Shown here in pieces: positions 37,442 through 46,864 of a DNA stretch of 64,000 nt. Under the pieces are notes generated by a model. That model was not told the DNA's origin. It did no database searches and was given only the letters and a program-made list of their open reading frames with translations. Source of the DNA: Bacillota bacterium (lineage in GTDB: Bacteria > Bacillota > Sulfobacillia > JAJZYS01 > JAJZLH01); contig JAKAUI010000037.1 in the NCBI GenBank assembly GCA_021827745.1, positions 6,742-70,741 of the forward strand. The letters are read 5' to 3'. A program made the position numbers and the translations under genes. Position 1 is the stretch's first letter, and every line of letters starts with the position of its first letter.

Positions 37442-39462
37442 GACACCCGTTCGCCCGCCGACGCTGTGCCCAGATGGGGTGCAAGAGCGCTCGACGCAGG
37501 CTCGCCTAAGAGGAAGTGCCGCCACCAGTCGCTGAGCAGGGCGAGTCGGTGCACGCGGTGCCACGGCTTGCCGTCTCGAGTCATGCCGTGGAATTCGCCC
37601 GGATAACGGACGAAGACCGCCACCCGGCCCAGGGCCTTCAGGGCGGTGAAGTAGGACTCGCCCTGACCGATCGGGCAGCGCAGGTCTCCCTCCTGGTGCT
37701 CGATCAGAACAGGGGTCTGGACCTGATCGACATAGCTGAGCGGCGACTGCTGGACCCAGCCCGCCTGGTCCTGCCAAGGATGTCCGCCCAGGCGGCGGTG
37801 CCAGTACCAGAACATGTCCGAGCTGCCCGCCATCTGCCGCCAGTCGGTGACCGAGCGGGCGGCGTGGGCGGCCGAAAAGCGCCTGCTGTGGCCGATCAGC
37901 CAGGTGGTCATGAAGCCGCCGTAGGAGCCGCCGCTGACGCCAAGGCGCCTCGGATCGATCAGCGGAAAGGAGGCGAGCGCTTGATCGCATGCCGCCATCA
38001 GGTCGGCCTGGTCCCTGGCGCCCCACTCCTCGCTGATGGCCGAGCAAAAGGCCTCGCCGTATCCTTGCGAGCCGCGCGGGTTGCAGGCGATCACGGCGAT
38101 GCCGAGGGCGGCCAGGAGCTGGAACTCGAAGGTGTAGGTGCGTCCGTACATCATCATCGGGCCGCCGTGGATGGACAGCACGGCCGGAATCCTCTGGCCG
38201 ACGGGATCCTTGGGCAGGATCACCCAGGCGTCGACAGACGGCCCGCCTGCGGCGGCGGCGGAAAACCGCACCGGCGCCTGCGGCGGGTGACGGCGCAAGA
38301 AGGCCGTGTTCAGGCGGTGTAAGACCCGCTCGCGACCTTGTGTGAGCATCACGATCTCGGACGGCTCTTGGGCCGTCGAGCGGGCCACCACCAGCCCTTT
38401 GGGGTGAACGGCCAGGGCATGGACGGCATGGTCGCCCCGAGTCAGGGTTTTGCCGGCCGTGCCGTCGAGCGGCACCTCGATGACATCGACACGCCCCTCT
38501 GTGGAGACGAGGGCATAGGGCATGGCCTGTCCCTGTGGCCAGATCACGCTCGGCCCGCCGGGCGGGACCAGATCGCAGACACTGAGATCGCCGATCGGAC
38601 GGTCGAGATCGGAAAGGAGCCGCAAGCGGTCCTGTCCGGGGCCAAGCAGGTAGAGCTGGTCGTTGCCGTAGCCGAGCTTGGCCGGATCGGATGCGATGAC
38701 CAGGAGCCGGTCCTGGAGCGGGTCGGGGATCACGTCGTCCACCGACCAGACAGAGTCGCCGGCCACATGGCGGGGCGCTGCGGCCGAGTTCAGCTCCAGC
38801 TGCCACAGTTCAGACCAGTCCACGTCGGGCAGGTCGAGACTCTGGCGGATGAACCACAGGCTTCTGCCGTCGGCGCTAAAGGCAACCCGCCCGATGCGGG
38901 CCCCAAGGCCAGTGAGGAGGCGAGGGCTGCCAACGAGCGGCTGGTGCACGATCTCGGCCTCTCCGGGCCCAAACAGCCCTTCGCCGTCCAGTTTGTAAAA
39001 GGCGTGGGAGGCGAGCCGGACCCCGGCCGTGTGACGCTCCTGATCGGTACGGGGTTTGGTGGAGGCGGACTGCAGGCGCCCGCCTTCCACCAGAGTGACC
39101 AGGGCGAAGGAGCGGCTGTCCGGTGACCAGGCGAATGAGCGGACTCCGCCCAAGAGGTCCGAGACTTGATGGCCCTCGCCGCCGCCGGTCGGCATCACCC
39201 ACAGCTGGCTCGGACCGTCACCGCCGGCCAAGAAGGCGAGCCAGCGGCCATCTGGAGACACCCTCGGAGCGCTGTCGTGCGGGCCGCGGGTGAACGCCAC
39301 CGGCCGCCGGCCAGGGACGAGGGCCATCACCCGGCTGTGGGCCGTGTTGTCCTTGCGGTCGAGAGAAGACTCCAGATACAGCACCCGGCCATCGGCCAAC
39401 GCCTGCACAGCGCCGCCCAGCCTAAGTCCGAACAGGTCCTGGGCCGAAAGCGCCCTGGCCAT
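37438..39462 (-). CDS. S9-family serine peptidase (acylaminoacyl/prolyl oligopeptidase-like) with N-terminal beta-propeller
   Basis: Catalytic Ser in GVSGGSYGGFMT; C-terminal alpha/beta-hydrolase fold; N-terminal WD40-like propeller repeats. Confidence 0.85.
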   Translation of the reverse strand: MARALSAQDLFGLRLGGAVQALADGRVLYLESSLDRKDNTAHSRVMALVPGRRPVAFTRGPHDSAPRVSPDGRWLAFLAGGDGPSQLWVMPTGGGEGHQVSDLLGGVRSFAWSPDSRSFALVTLVEGGRLQSASTKPRTDQERHTAGVRLASHAFYKLDGEGLFGPGEAEIVHQPLVGSPRLLTGLGARIGRVAFSADGRSLWFIRQSLDLPDVDWSELWQLELNSAAAPRHVAGDSVWSVDDVIPDPLQDRLLVIASDPAKLGYGNDQLYLLGPGQDRLRLLSDLDRPIGDLSVCDLVPPGGPSVIWPQGQAMPYALVSTEGRVDVIEVPLDGTAGKTLTRGDHAVHALAVHPKGLVVARSTAQEPSEIVMLTQGRERVLHRLNTAFLRRHPPQAPVRFSAAAAGGPSVDAWVILPKDPVGQRIPAVLSIHGGPMMMYGRTYTFEFQLLAALGIAVIACNPRGSQGYGEAFCSAISEEWGARDQADLMAACDQALASFPLIDPRRLGVSGGSYGGFMTTWLIGHSRRFSAAHAARSVTDWRQMAGSSDMFWYWHRRLGGHPWQDQAGWVQQSPLSYVDQVQTPVLIEHQEGDLRCPIGQGESYFTALKALGRVAVFVRYPGEFHGMTRDGKPWHRVHRLALLSDWWRHFLLGEPASSALAPHLGTASAGERVS

Positions 39463-39717
39463 GGGGCCTGACCTCCTTCAGTTCCACCGCCGTCACACTT
39501 CCGCGCAGGGGGGCTCTGTGTCCTGCAAGACGCCAGGGCGGGCGCAGTGCGGAAAATCTCAGCCAGTTCTTAGCCCGTTTGATAATTCCCTTCCGTACGA
39601 TGATGGAGGTCAGCGCTGAAGACACCCTCTGAGCGGGGCCAGTGCTGGCGATCAGCAAGAGTCGTCGCAACGGGAGGAATCCTCACGTCAACGAAACGGA
39701 TTGGGATCGCGATCGCA

Positions 39718-41502
39718 GTGGTGCTGGTTCTGGTGGCCGCGGTGGCGGTCGGCCATCGCATTGTCGCCGGATCCGGAGCCCAGGGCCCCACCTATGCCCT
39801 GGCCGCTGCCACATACGGGAGCCTGAGCGTGGACGTCACCGGGTCGGCCACCGTGCAGTCGGCGACCACAGCCAATGTGTACCCGTCGCAGGCGGGGACC
39901 ATCACCTCGATTCCGGTGACGGTCGGCCAGCAGGTGGTGGCCGGGCAACTGCTCGCCACCGAATCGGACGGCGGCAAGCTGGAGAACCAGCTATTGAGCG
40001 CCGAGGCGGCGCTGGCCGCCGATGAGGCGAACCTGGCAGCCCAGACGTCGCCTCCGGCCACCTCTGCCGCCCAAATCACGGCCCAGCAGGACAAGATTCA
40101 GGTCGACCAGGCGCACCTTACCGCCGACCAGGCGACCTTGGCCCAAGACCAGGCGAGTCTGGCGGCCCTGACCGTCCAGGCGCCAGAGAGCGGATATGTC
40201 GGCGACCTGAACGTGATCCCGGGCCAGTCGGTGGGGGCTGGGTTCACGCTCCTGACTCTGGCCACACCCACCGTCCTCACCGTCAGTGGCACCGTTCTGC
40301 AATCCACCCTGCCGTCACTGGCGCTCGGCCAGTCGGCCACGGTGCAGAGCGACCAGGGCGGAAACCTGCCGGCCACCGTCACGGCGATCGGCACCACGGC
40401 CTCCGGCACGGTCAGGGGCCAGCCGGTGTTCCCGGTCACGGTCACCCTCACGAATCCTCCAGGCGGCTTGGCCGCCGGGGTCAACGTCGCCGTGCTCTTA
40501 GGAACCCCCGGCATCTACATCATGAACGGACCGCTCACCTACTCCCAGGTGCAGGCTGTGACGGCGCCGGCCCCGGCTGTGGTCCAATCGGTCGACGTTA
40601 CCGACGGCCAGCTGGCCGAGGGCGGCGCCACTCTGATCACCCTGACCAGCGCCAGCCTGGCCCAGACGGTCAACGCAGACCAGGCCGCCGTGGCCGAAGA
40701 TCAGGCCCTTCTGTCAGAGGACCAGGCCACGCTCACCCAGATGGAAACGGGGACGCCGCCCACGGCTGTCGAGCTGGCTTCGCTCAAGGCCAAGAACGCC
40801 GCCGATCAGTCGGCCGTGACCGAGGCTGAGATCGCACTGGCCGGACTGCGCATTACGTCTCCGATCAGCGGCACCGTCACCGCCGTCAATCTGGCCGTGG
40901 GGGACAACGCCGCCACTGCCGCCGGTGCGGCGCCCGCCTTCTCGATCGAAAATCCAAGCGCCCTCCAGGTGGTGGTGCCGATCGACCAGACCCAGATCAA
41001 TCAGGTGGCGGTGGGCCAAAAGGCCCAGATCACCACCGACGCCCTGCCCGGACAGACGCTTTTGGGAACGGTGGCCGCCGTGGCTCCGACCGGCACCAAC
41101 AGTCTGGGCGTCAGCAGCTTCGACGTGACGATCAACATTGCGCAGGGCACCTCAAGCGGCCTGAAGAGCGGCATGGCGGCCAATGTGTCGATCCATGTCA
41201 CCACCATCGCCAGAACCCTGTTGGTGCCAGCCGTGGCCGTCACTGGAAGCGGGTCTCAGGCGACTGTGGTGGTGCTCGTCGGCGGCAAGCCGGTTGTGAA
41301 AAAGGTGGTGGCCGGGGTCTCCAACACGGTCGACACCCAGATCATCTCCGGACTTAAAGCCGGGGAGCAGGTGGTGACCGCGGAGGTCACCCCGTCAAGC
41401 CAGAAGGGGTTCTTCTTCGGCGGCGGCCGCAAGGCGGCCGGACCGGGCGGGGCGGCGGCGCCGGCGCCGCGCACGCCCGGAAAGGGCAAGGGAACGGCCT
41501 GA
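39718..41502 (+). CDS. Efflux periplasmic adaptor (HlyD/MacA-family membrane fusion protein), unusually long
   Basis: N-terminal TM anchor, long Ala/Gln-rich coiled coils, lipoyl/beta-barrel motifs (ITSPISGTVTAVNLAVGD); precedes an ABC ATPase plus FtsX permease. Confidence 0.7.
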   Translation: MVLVLVAAVAVGHRIVAGSGAQGPTYALAAATYGSLSVDVTGSATVQSATTANVYPSQAGTITSIPVTVGQQVVAGQLLATESDGGKLENQLLSAEAALAADEANLAAQTSPPATSAAQITAQQDKIQVDQAHLTADQATLAQDQASLAALTVQAPESGYVGDLNVIPGQSVGAGFTLLTLATPTVLTVSGTVLQSTLPSLALGQSATVQSDQGGNLPATVTAIGTTASGTVRGQPVFPVTVTLTNPPGGLAAGVNVAVLLGTPGIYIMNGPLTYSQVQAVTAPAPAVVQSVDVTDGQLAEGGATLITLTSASLAQTVNADQAAVAEDQALLSEDQATLTQMETGTPPTAVELASLKAKNAADQSAVTEAEIALAGLRITSPISGTVTAVNLAVGDNAATAAGAAPAFSIENPSALQVVVPIDQTQINQVAVGQKAQITTDALPGQTLLGTVAAVAPTGTNSLGVSSFDVTINIAQGTSSGLKSGMAANVSIHVTTIARTLLVPAVAVTGSGSQATVVVLVGGKPVVKKVVAGVSNTVDTQIISGLKAGEQVVTAEVTPSSQKGFFFGGGRKAAGPGGAAAPAPRTPGKGKGTA

Positions 41503-41503
41503 G

Positions 41504-42241
41504 ATGACCGAGGTGGTGCGCGTCGACGAACTCAGTCGCATCTTTCGCACCGGCGCCGTGGAGGTGCAGGCGGTGCGCTCAGTCAGCTTCTCGATCGAAG
41601 AGGGCGCCATGGTGGCGATCATGGGCCCATCCGGCTCGGGAAAGACCACCATGATGAACATGCTCGGCTGTCTCGACCGCCCGACCAGCGGGAGATACTT
41701 CCTCGGCGGCGAGGATGTGGCCAAGAAGACGGACGATGCTCTGGCCAGGATCCGCAACCGGCGGATTGGCTTTGTCTTTCAGAGCTACAACCTGCTGACG
41801 GCGCTGAACGCCTTGGAGAACGTGGAGCTGCCGCTTGTCTACCGCGGGATGGCATCCGGAGAGCGCCACCGGGTGGCGGCCCAGACCCTGGCTGAGGTCG
41901 GGCTGTCCGAGCTGATGTCCTTTCGACCCTATGAGCTCTCCGGCGGTCAGCAGCAGCGGGTGGGTATCGCCCGGGCGCTGGCCGGGACACCGGACCTCTT
42001 GCTCGCCGACGAGCCGACCGGGAATTTGGACTCTGTCTCCGGCGAGGAGATCTTGAACCTCTTTTTGGACCTGCACCAACGGGGACGCACTCTGATCATC
42101 GTTACCCATGACGAACAGGTGGCCCTGCACTGCCAGAGGATCATCCGCCTGAAGGACGGGCGGGTGCTCTCTGACCAGCCGGTCGACCCGGCCAGGCGCC
42201 GCATCAAGGCCGATCTCGGCACCCGGGCGCTCACATCGTGA
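41504..42241 (+). CDS. ABC transporter ATP-binding protein (MacB/LolD-type)
   Basis: Walker A GPSGSGKTT, signature [15 protein letters not shown], Walker B LLLADEPTGNLD. Confidence 0.85.
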   Translation: MTEVVRVDELSRIFRTGAVEVQAVRSVSFSIEEGAMVAIMGPSGSGKTTMMNMLGCLDRPTSGRYFLGGEDVAKKTDDALARIRNRRIGFVFQSYNLLTALNALENVELPLVYRGMASGERHRVAAQTLAEVGLSELMSFRPYELSGGQQQRVGIARALAGTPDLLLADEPTGNLDSVSGEEILNLFLDLHQRGRTLIIVTHDEQVALHCQRIIRLKDGRVLSDQPVDPARRRIKADLGTRALTS

Positions 42242-43404
42242 GTCTTACAGAGAGCCTGAAGATGGCCTGGCGCGCCCTGGTCGGAAATCGCCTGCGTGCC
42301 ATCTTGACCATGCTCGGCATCATCATCGGGGTGGCGGCCGTGATCGCCCTGATCACCGCCGGTCAGGCCGCTACCAGTTCAGTCACCTCGAGCGTCCAGG
42401 CCCTGGGCTCGAACCTGATCAGCGTCAGCCCCATCCGCTCGAGCGGCGTCGTGCTCTATCCGCAGGACAGCGCCTGGCTGCTTCAGGTGGTGCCCCAGAT
42501 CAAGGCGGATGCGCCGCTGGTGGAGGCCTCCGTGACCTCGAGCTACGAGACCGTCTCCTGGAGCACCACCCTGATCGGAACGACGCCGGCCGCACTGGGC
42601 ATCGAAGGACGAAAGCTGGCCCAGGGCCGGTTCATTTCCGCTCAGGATCTCTCTGGAAACCGCGATGTGGCGGTGTTAGGCCAGACGGTGGCCCAGAGCC
42701 TGTTCGGGGCCAGAGACCCGATGCGCCAGACGATCAGCGTGAACGGCACGCCGTTCACCGTGATCGGCGTGCTGCAGGCCACCGGCGGCGCCTTTGGCGC
42801 CAACGCCGACAATGTGATCATCGTCCCGGTCCCTGCCGCCGAGTGGGTGGCCGGCACCACCCAGCTGACGGGGATCGAGGCCCAGGCCCGGTCCGCCGCC
42901 ATCGCCCCCTTGGCCGTGGCCCAGATCACAGCCGTGCTCAACCACCGCTTCGCCACCACCAACGCCGCCTCTGTCGTCTCCCAGGACCAGATCCTGAGCA
43001 CGTTGTCCACGATCACCGCCACCCTGACCCTGATGCTGGGCGGCATCGCCGGTATCTCGCTGCTGGTCGGCGGCATCGGGATCATGAACATCATGCTGGT
43101 CACCGTTTCAGAGCGAACGCGCGAGATCGGTCTCAGAAAGGCGCTGGGCGCCTCCCGGCAGGCCATCCTGAGCCAGTTCCTGATCGAGTCCTCCCTGCTC
43201 AGCGTGGCCGGCGGAGCGATCGGTGTGGTGGTCGGGGTCGGTCTCTCAGGTCTGCTGACGCACCTGCTGGGGGCCGGAGGCGTGTCCATATCGGCCGTGG
43301 CGTTGGCGCTTGGGTTTTCGCTTCTGGTCGGCATCGGCTTCGGCATCTGGCCGGCGGCCAACGCCAGCCACCTCGATCCGGTGCAGGCGCTGTACCACGA
43401 CTGA
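42238..43404 (+). CDS. ABC transporter permease, FtsX/MacB family
   Basis: 388 aa; N-terminal TM, large periplasmic domain, C-terminal 3-TM FtsX domain (IGIMNIMLVTVSERTREIGLRKALGA). Confidence 0.85.
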   Translation: MSLTESLKMAWRALVGNRLRAILTMLGIIIGVAAVIALITAGQAATSSVTSSVQALGSNLISVSPIRSSGVVLYPQDSAWLLQVVPQIKADAPLVEASVTSSYETVSWSTTLIGTTPAALGIEGRKLAQGRFISAQDLSGNRDVAVLGQTVAQSLFGARDPMRQTISVNGTPFTVIGVLQATGGAFGANADNVIIVPVPAAEWVAGTTQLTGIEAQARSAAIAPLAVAQITAVLNHRFATTNAASVVSQDQILSTLSTITATLTLMLGGIAGISLLVGGIGIMNIMLVTVSERTREIGLRKALGASRQAILSQFLIESSLLSVAGGAIGVVVGVGLSGLLTHLLGAGGVSISAVALALGFSLLVGIGFGIWPAANASHLDPVQALYHD

Positions 43405-43434
43405 GCTCGAGCGCCCCGGCGCCACATGGAACTG

Positions 43435-43461
43435 GCCACCCGCAGCGGAGTGCGGGTGGCC
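43435..43461. terminator. Bidirectional hairpin between convergent genes
   Basis: GGCCACCCGC-agcggagt-GCGGGTGGCC (10-bp perfect stem) between the FtsX gene (+) and the permease gene (-). Confidence 0.45.
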
Positions 43462-43492
43462 AAGGTGAGCGACTCGTTCCAGGGGCCGCGGC

Positions 43493-44575
43493 CTACATGT
43501 GCAGGGCGAGCGCCAGCAGCCCGGTGACCACGCCGGTCACGGCCACCAGGATGGCGATGCGGAGCAAGAGGCGGGCCGGCACCGAGCGGCCGACCATGAC
43601 CAAAGACGGCAGGCTGACGGCCGGCAGGGTGATCATCAGGGCGCCGGCGCCGCCGGCGCCGAGACCGTATGAGAGCAGGGTCTGGATGATCGGGACCTCG
43701 CCGGCGGTCGGGATGACGAACAAGGTGCCGGCGATGGCCAGTCCCAGCATCAGCAGGATGCTAGATCCGAGGGCGGGCGACATGGCCGGGAAGAGAAAGG
43801 CGCGGGCGGCACCGAGCACCATCACGATCACGATGTACTCGGGGATCAATCCGATCACCAGCCGCCACAGGTTGCGGCCCCAGGCCACGAAGGGGTTGGC
43901 ACCATCGTCCTGGCTGCCGTCGACGGCAGCCAGCGCCGCCCGGGTGGCCGACTCCGGCACCTGGTCATGGCTGGAAAAGCGGTTTCCGATGATGGCCGCC
44001 CCGGCCACCAGCAAGATGCCGATCACGATGCGGAACAGCGCCCAGTTCCAACCGAGCACGAAGCCCATGAACACGATGGTGGCGGGGTTCAGCACCGGGT
44101 TCCCCAGCCAGTAGGCCATCACGGCGCCCGGAGCTGCCTTGGCGCGGTGCAGGCCGACCACCACCGGCGCCGAGCAGCAGGTGCACATCATGGACGGCAC
44201 GGCGGCCAAGGCGGCCACCGTCGAGCTCTTGGCACCGGACGTTCCGAGGACCTTGAGCAGCCAGTCGCGCGGCACAAGGGTCTGCACGGCCGAACCGAGC
44301 AGCAATCCGAGCACGATGGCGGTCCAGATGTCGGCCCCATAGGCGAGCGCATAGTCCCAGGCGGCGGCGAAGGAAAAGGCCGGCGGGGCATTGGAGGTGC
44401 CGGACACGATCGAGGCGCCGATCGAGTGCTTGGACGCGGCCACGAAGGCCTTGTTGAAGAGCGGGAACCACTTCACATAGAACAGGCCGCCGATCGCCAG
44501 CACCAGGAAGATGGCAATGCCCCACTTGGCGAGCTGGTCTGAGCGGCGGGGGACGGTGGCGGTTGCGCTGGCCAC
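43493..44575 (-). CDS. Predicted permease (COG0701/DUF318, ArsP-like) with conserved MCTCC motif
   Basis: 360 aa polytopic membrane protein; AAVPSMMCTCCSAPVV. Confidence 0.7.
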   Translation of the reverse strand: MASATATVPRRSDQLAKWGIAIFLVLAIGGLFYVKWFPLFNKAFVAASKHSIGASIVSGTSNAPPAFSFAAAWDYALAYGADIWTAIVLGLLLGSAVQTLVPRDWLLKVLGTSGAKSSTVAALAAVPSMMCTCCSAPVVVGLHRAKAAPGAVMAYWLGNPVLNPATIVFMGFVLGWNWALFRIVIGILLVAGAAIIGNRFSSHDQVPESATRAALAAVDGSQDDGANPFVAWGRNLWRLVIGLIPEYIVIVMVLGAARAFLFPAMSPALGSSILLMLGLAIAGTLFVIPTAGEVPIIQTLLSYGLGAGGAGALMITLPAVSLPSLVMVGRSVPARLLLRIAILVAVTGVVTGLLALALHM

Positions 44576-44645
44576 TGATGCATCGTCCTTTCACAAATGC
44601 GTCATTTCGGCTCAGGCTACAAGGATCGTGGAGGAGATGCAATCT

Positions 44646-44666
44646 GCCATACGAATTACGTATGGC
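44646..44666. promoter_or_regulatory. LysR-type operator candidate (T-N11-A dyad) in the divergent intergenic region
   Basis: GCCATACG-AATTA-CGTATGGC: 8-bp inverted repeat containing ATAC-N7-GTAT, about 15 nt upstream of the LysR gene start and divergent from the permease. Confidence 0.5.
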
Positions 44667-44680
44667 ATGGAGGTGAGCGG

Positions 44681-45562
44681 GTGGATCTCTCCGATCTGGA
44701 CCTCCTGGCGGAGGCCGTGCGGCTGGGCAGTCTGAGCGCAGCAGCCCGCCGGCTTGCGATCAGCCAGGCAACGGCCAGCCGGCGCCTGCAGCGGCTGGAA
44801 GGGGAGATGGGAAGCCACCTCCTGGAGCGGACGGCGAGCGGCGTGCGGGCCAGTCCCGACGGCGAGGCGGCCCTGGCCTTTCGCCTCAGGATCCAAGATG
44901 CCCGCCATGAGATGGAACGGCACCTGGACCACGGGCACGGACTGAGCGGCGAGCTGCAGGTGGCGGCCAGCAGCGCGCCGGCGGCCGGATTGGCCCCGCA
45001 GTGGATCGGGCGCTTCCTCAGTCGTCATCCGGCGGTGGCGGTACGGCTGGCCGTCGGCGACTCGCGGCTGGTCGAAGAGGATGTCGGACACGCCCGGGCC
45101 ATGGTCGGGCTGATGGGCCGGCGCCCAGAGGCGTCCGGCCTGCGCCACCGCCAAGTGGCGGAGGAGGAGACGCTGCTCGTGGTGGGCGCTGGCCACCGCT
45201 GGGCCAAGGCGGGAGAGATCGATCTTGGCCAAGTGCAGGCGGCGTCGTGGGTGGCGCGCGAGCAGGGATCGGGCACCCGACGGATGGTGGAGGACAAGCT
45301 GGCTGCAGCCGGAGTCGATCCGGGCCAGCTCCGGGTGGTGGCCGAGGCAGGGTCTGCGCTCGCCCAGGTGGCGCTGATCCGGGCCACCGGCCAGGCCGGG
45401 TTCGTGTCGGCGAGCGTGCTGGCCCAGGCCGGCCCCGATCTCGCCGTCGTCCGGCTGAGGGGGGTGCGCCTGCTCCGGCCGATCGTGCTGGTCTGGGCGG
45501 ACCGAACCCTGACCGAGACCGCACAGGCCTTTCTGCACTTGGCCACCGAGGGCGAGCGATAA
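44681..45562 (+). CDS. LysR-family transcriptional regulator
   Basis: GTG start; HTH LGSLSAAARRLAISQATASRRLQRLE; C-terminal substrate-binding domain. Confidence 0.8.
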   Translation: MDLSDLDLLAEAVRLGSLSAAARRLAISQATASRRLQRLEGEMGSHLLERTASGVRASPDGEAALAFRLRIQDARHEMERHLDHGHGLSGELQVAASSAPAAGLAPQWIGRFLSRHPAVAVRLAVGDSRLVEEDVGHARAMVGLMGRRPEASGLRHRQVAEEETLLVVGAGHRWAKAGEIDLGQVQAASWVAREQGSGTRRMVEDKLAAAGVDPGQLRVVAEAGSALAQVALIRATGQAGFVSASVLAQAGPDLAVVRLRGVRLLRPIVLVWADRTLTETAQAFLHLATEGER

Positions 45563-45581
45563 GCCAGGGACAGTTGGGGCG

Positions 45582-45959
45582 GTGTCGAAACGTCTGCCGG
45601 GGGTGAGTGAGGCTGTGGAAGTGTTCGAGGTGCACTTCAAGAACTATCGGGCGGCCCGGCCATACGCGCGACACGGCATCGATCTGCGCCGCAAGTTCAC
45701 CTACCTGTCCGAACTGGAAATGACGCCTCTTGGCCTGTGGCTGGAGGTCGAGATTCCAGAGGTGAACCTGAGGACCGGTCAGACGCAACGGGGCAAGGCG
45801 CGCCTGGCCGTGCCCTTTGCCGACATCGAGTACGTACTCGCCTTTGACGATGGGACGGCGACCCACGAGCAGCACGCCCACCACATCGGCTTCATCCACG
45901 ACGAGGACGTGCCGACGCAAGAGCCCCAAGCGGAGGGGCCGGTCCGCCCGATCGAGTGA
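45582..45959 (+). CDS. Hypothetical protein
   Basis: 125 aa ORF with a protein-like charged composition; no motif recognised. Confidence 0.4.
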   Translation: MSKRLPGVSEAVEVFEVHFKNYRAARPYARHGIDLRRKFTYLSELEMTPLGLWLEVEIPEVNLRTGQTQRGKARLAVPFADIEYVLAFDDGTATHEQHAHHIGFIHDEDVPTQEPQAEGPVRPIE

Positions 45960-46012
45960 CTTGCCAGGGGCCTTCAGCCTGCCAAAATAGAAGGCGTGGA
46001 GGAGTCTGAGCG

Positions 46013-46864
46013 ATGCAGGTGCTGGGGTTGGTCGGCGGCAGCGGGACCGGCAAGAGCCACCGGGCGAGCCTGGTGGCGATGGAGCGCGGCTATGAGGCGA
46101 TCGTCGATGACGGACTGCTGATCAAGGACGGCAAGATCCTGGCTGGCCAGTCGGCCAAGCGGGCCGCCTCCAAGATCCAGGCCATCCGGCGGGCGATCTT
46201 CGCCGATCCCGGCCACGCCCGCGAGGTGCGCGAGACGATCGGCCGCCACCAGATCAGCCATCTCCTGGTCCTCGGCACGTCGCGCCCGATGGTCAGCCGG
46301 ATCTGCGAGGTGCTGGAGCTGCCGCAGCCGACGGAGTGGATTCGGATCGAGCAGCTCGCCAATCCGGCGCAGCTGCGACTCGCCCGCCAGATGCGGACCC
46401 AGCATGGGCGCCACGTCATCCCAGCCCCGACGGTCGAGGTGCGCAAGACCTTCTCCGGCTATCTGGTCGATCCGCTGCACTTCATCATGCGCAACAACAA
46501 GGCGGCGCCGAGCCGCGACCAGATGGTGATCGAGAAGTCAGTGGTCCGTCCGACCTGGAGCTATCTCGGCCGCTTCACGGTGGACGACACCGTGATCGCC
46601 GACATCGCCAGCCGAGCGGCCTCTGCCGTCAGGGGCGTCGCCGCCGTGCGCCGGGCCGGTGTCGAGAGCTGGCAGCCTGGCGTCCGGATCACGCTCGAGC
46701 TGTCGGTGGTCTTTGGCACCCACATCCCTACGTTGCTCGATACTGTCAGGCGGACGGTCGAGTCGATGGTGGAGCAGATGACGGCCCTGAAGGTGCTGAC
46801 GGTGGTGGCGGTGGTGCGACGGGTGGTTCCGGCGGACGATCGGGGGAGTCGGGTCGGTGGCTGA
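46013..46864 (+). CDS. HprK-like P-loop kinase domain fused to an Asp23/Gls24-family domain
   Basis: N-terminal VLGLVGGSGTGKSHRASLVAMERGYEAIVDDGLL matches HprK/P C-domain GDSGVGKSE..RGHRLVADD; C-terminal FTVDDTVIADIASRAASAVRGVAAV..GVRITLE..LSVVFGTHIPTLLDTVRRTVESMVEQMTALKV matches Asp23. Confidence 0.6.
   Translation: MQVLGLVGGSGTGKSHRASLVAMERGYEAIVDDGLLIKDGKILAGQSAKRAASKIQAIRRAIFADPGHAREVRETIGRHQISHLLVLGTSRPMVSRICEVLELPQPTEWIRIEQLANPAQLRLARQMRTQHGRHVIPAPTVEVRKTFSGYLVDPLHFIMRNNKAAPSRDQMVIEKSVVRPTWSYLGRFTVDDTVIADIASRAASAVRGVAAVRRAGVESWQPGVRITLELSVVFGTHIPTLLDTVRRTVESMVEQMTALKVLTVVAVVRRVVPADDRGSRVGG

Noticed and set aside
39604-39717. Possible N-terminal extension (…KRIGIAIAVVLVLVAAVAV) of the membrane fusion protein
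   Set aside because: The frame is open and the extension looks like a plausible positive-inside TM anchor, but it contains no ATG, GTG or TTG before GTG 39718. I kept the canonical start and did not assert a longer protein.
39718-41502. Possible repeat array or CRISPR-like periodicity from recurring Ala/Gln/Thr codon motifs
   Set aside because: The repeats are coding (coiled-coil of a membrane fusion protein), with irregular length and no spacer/repeat structure. No CRISPR array was seen anywhere in the window.
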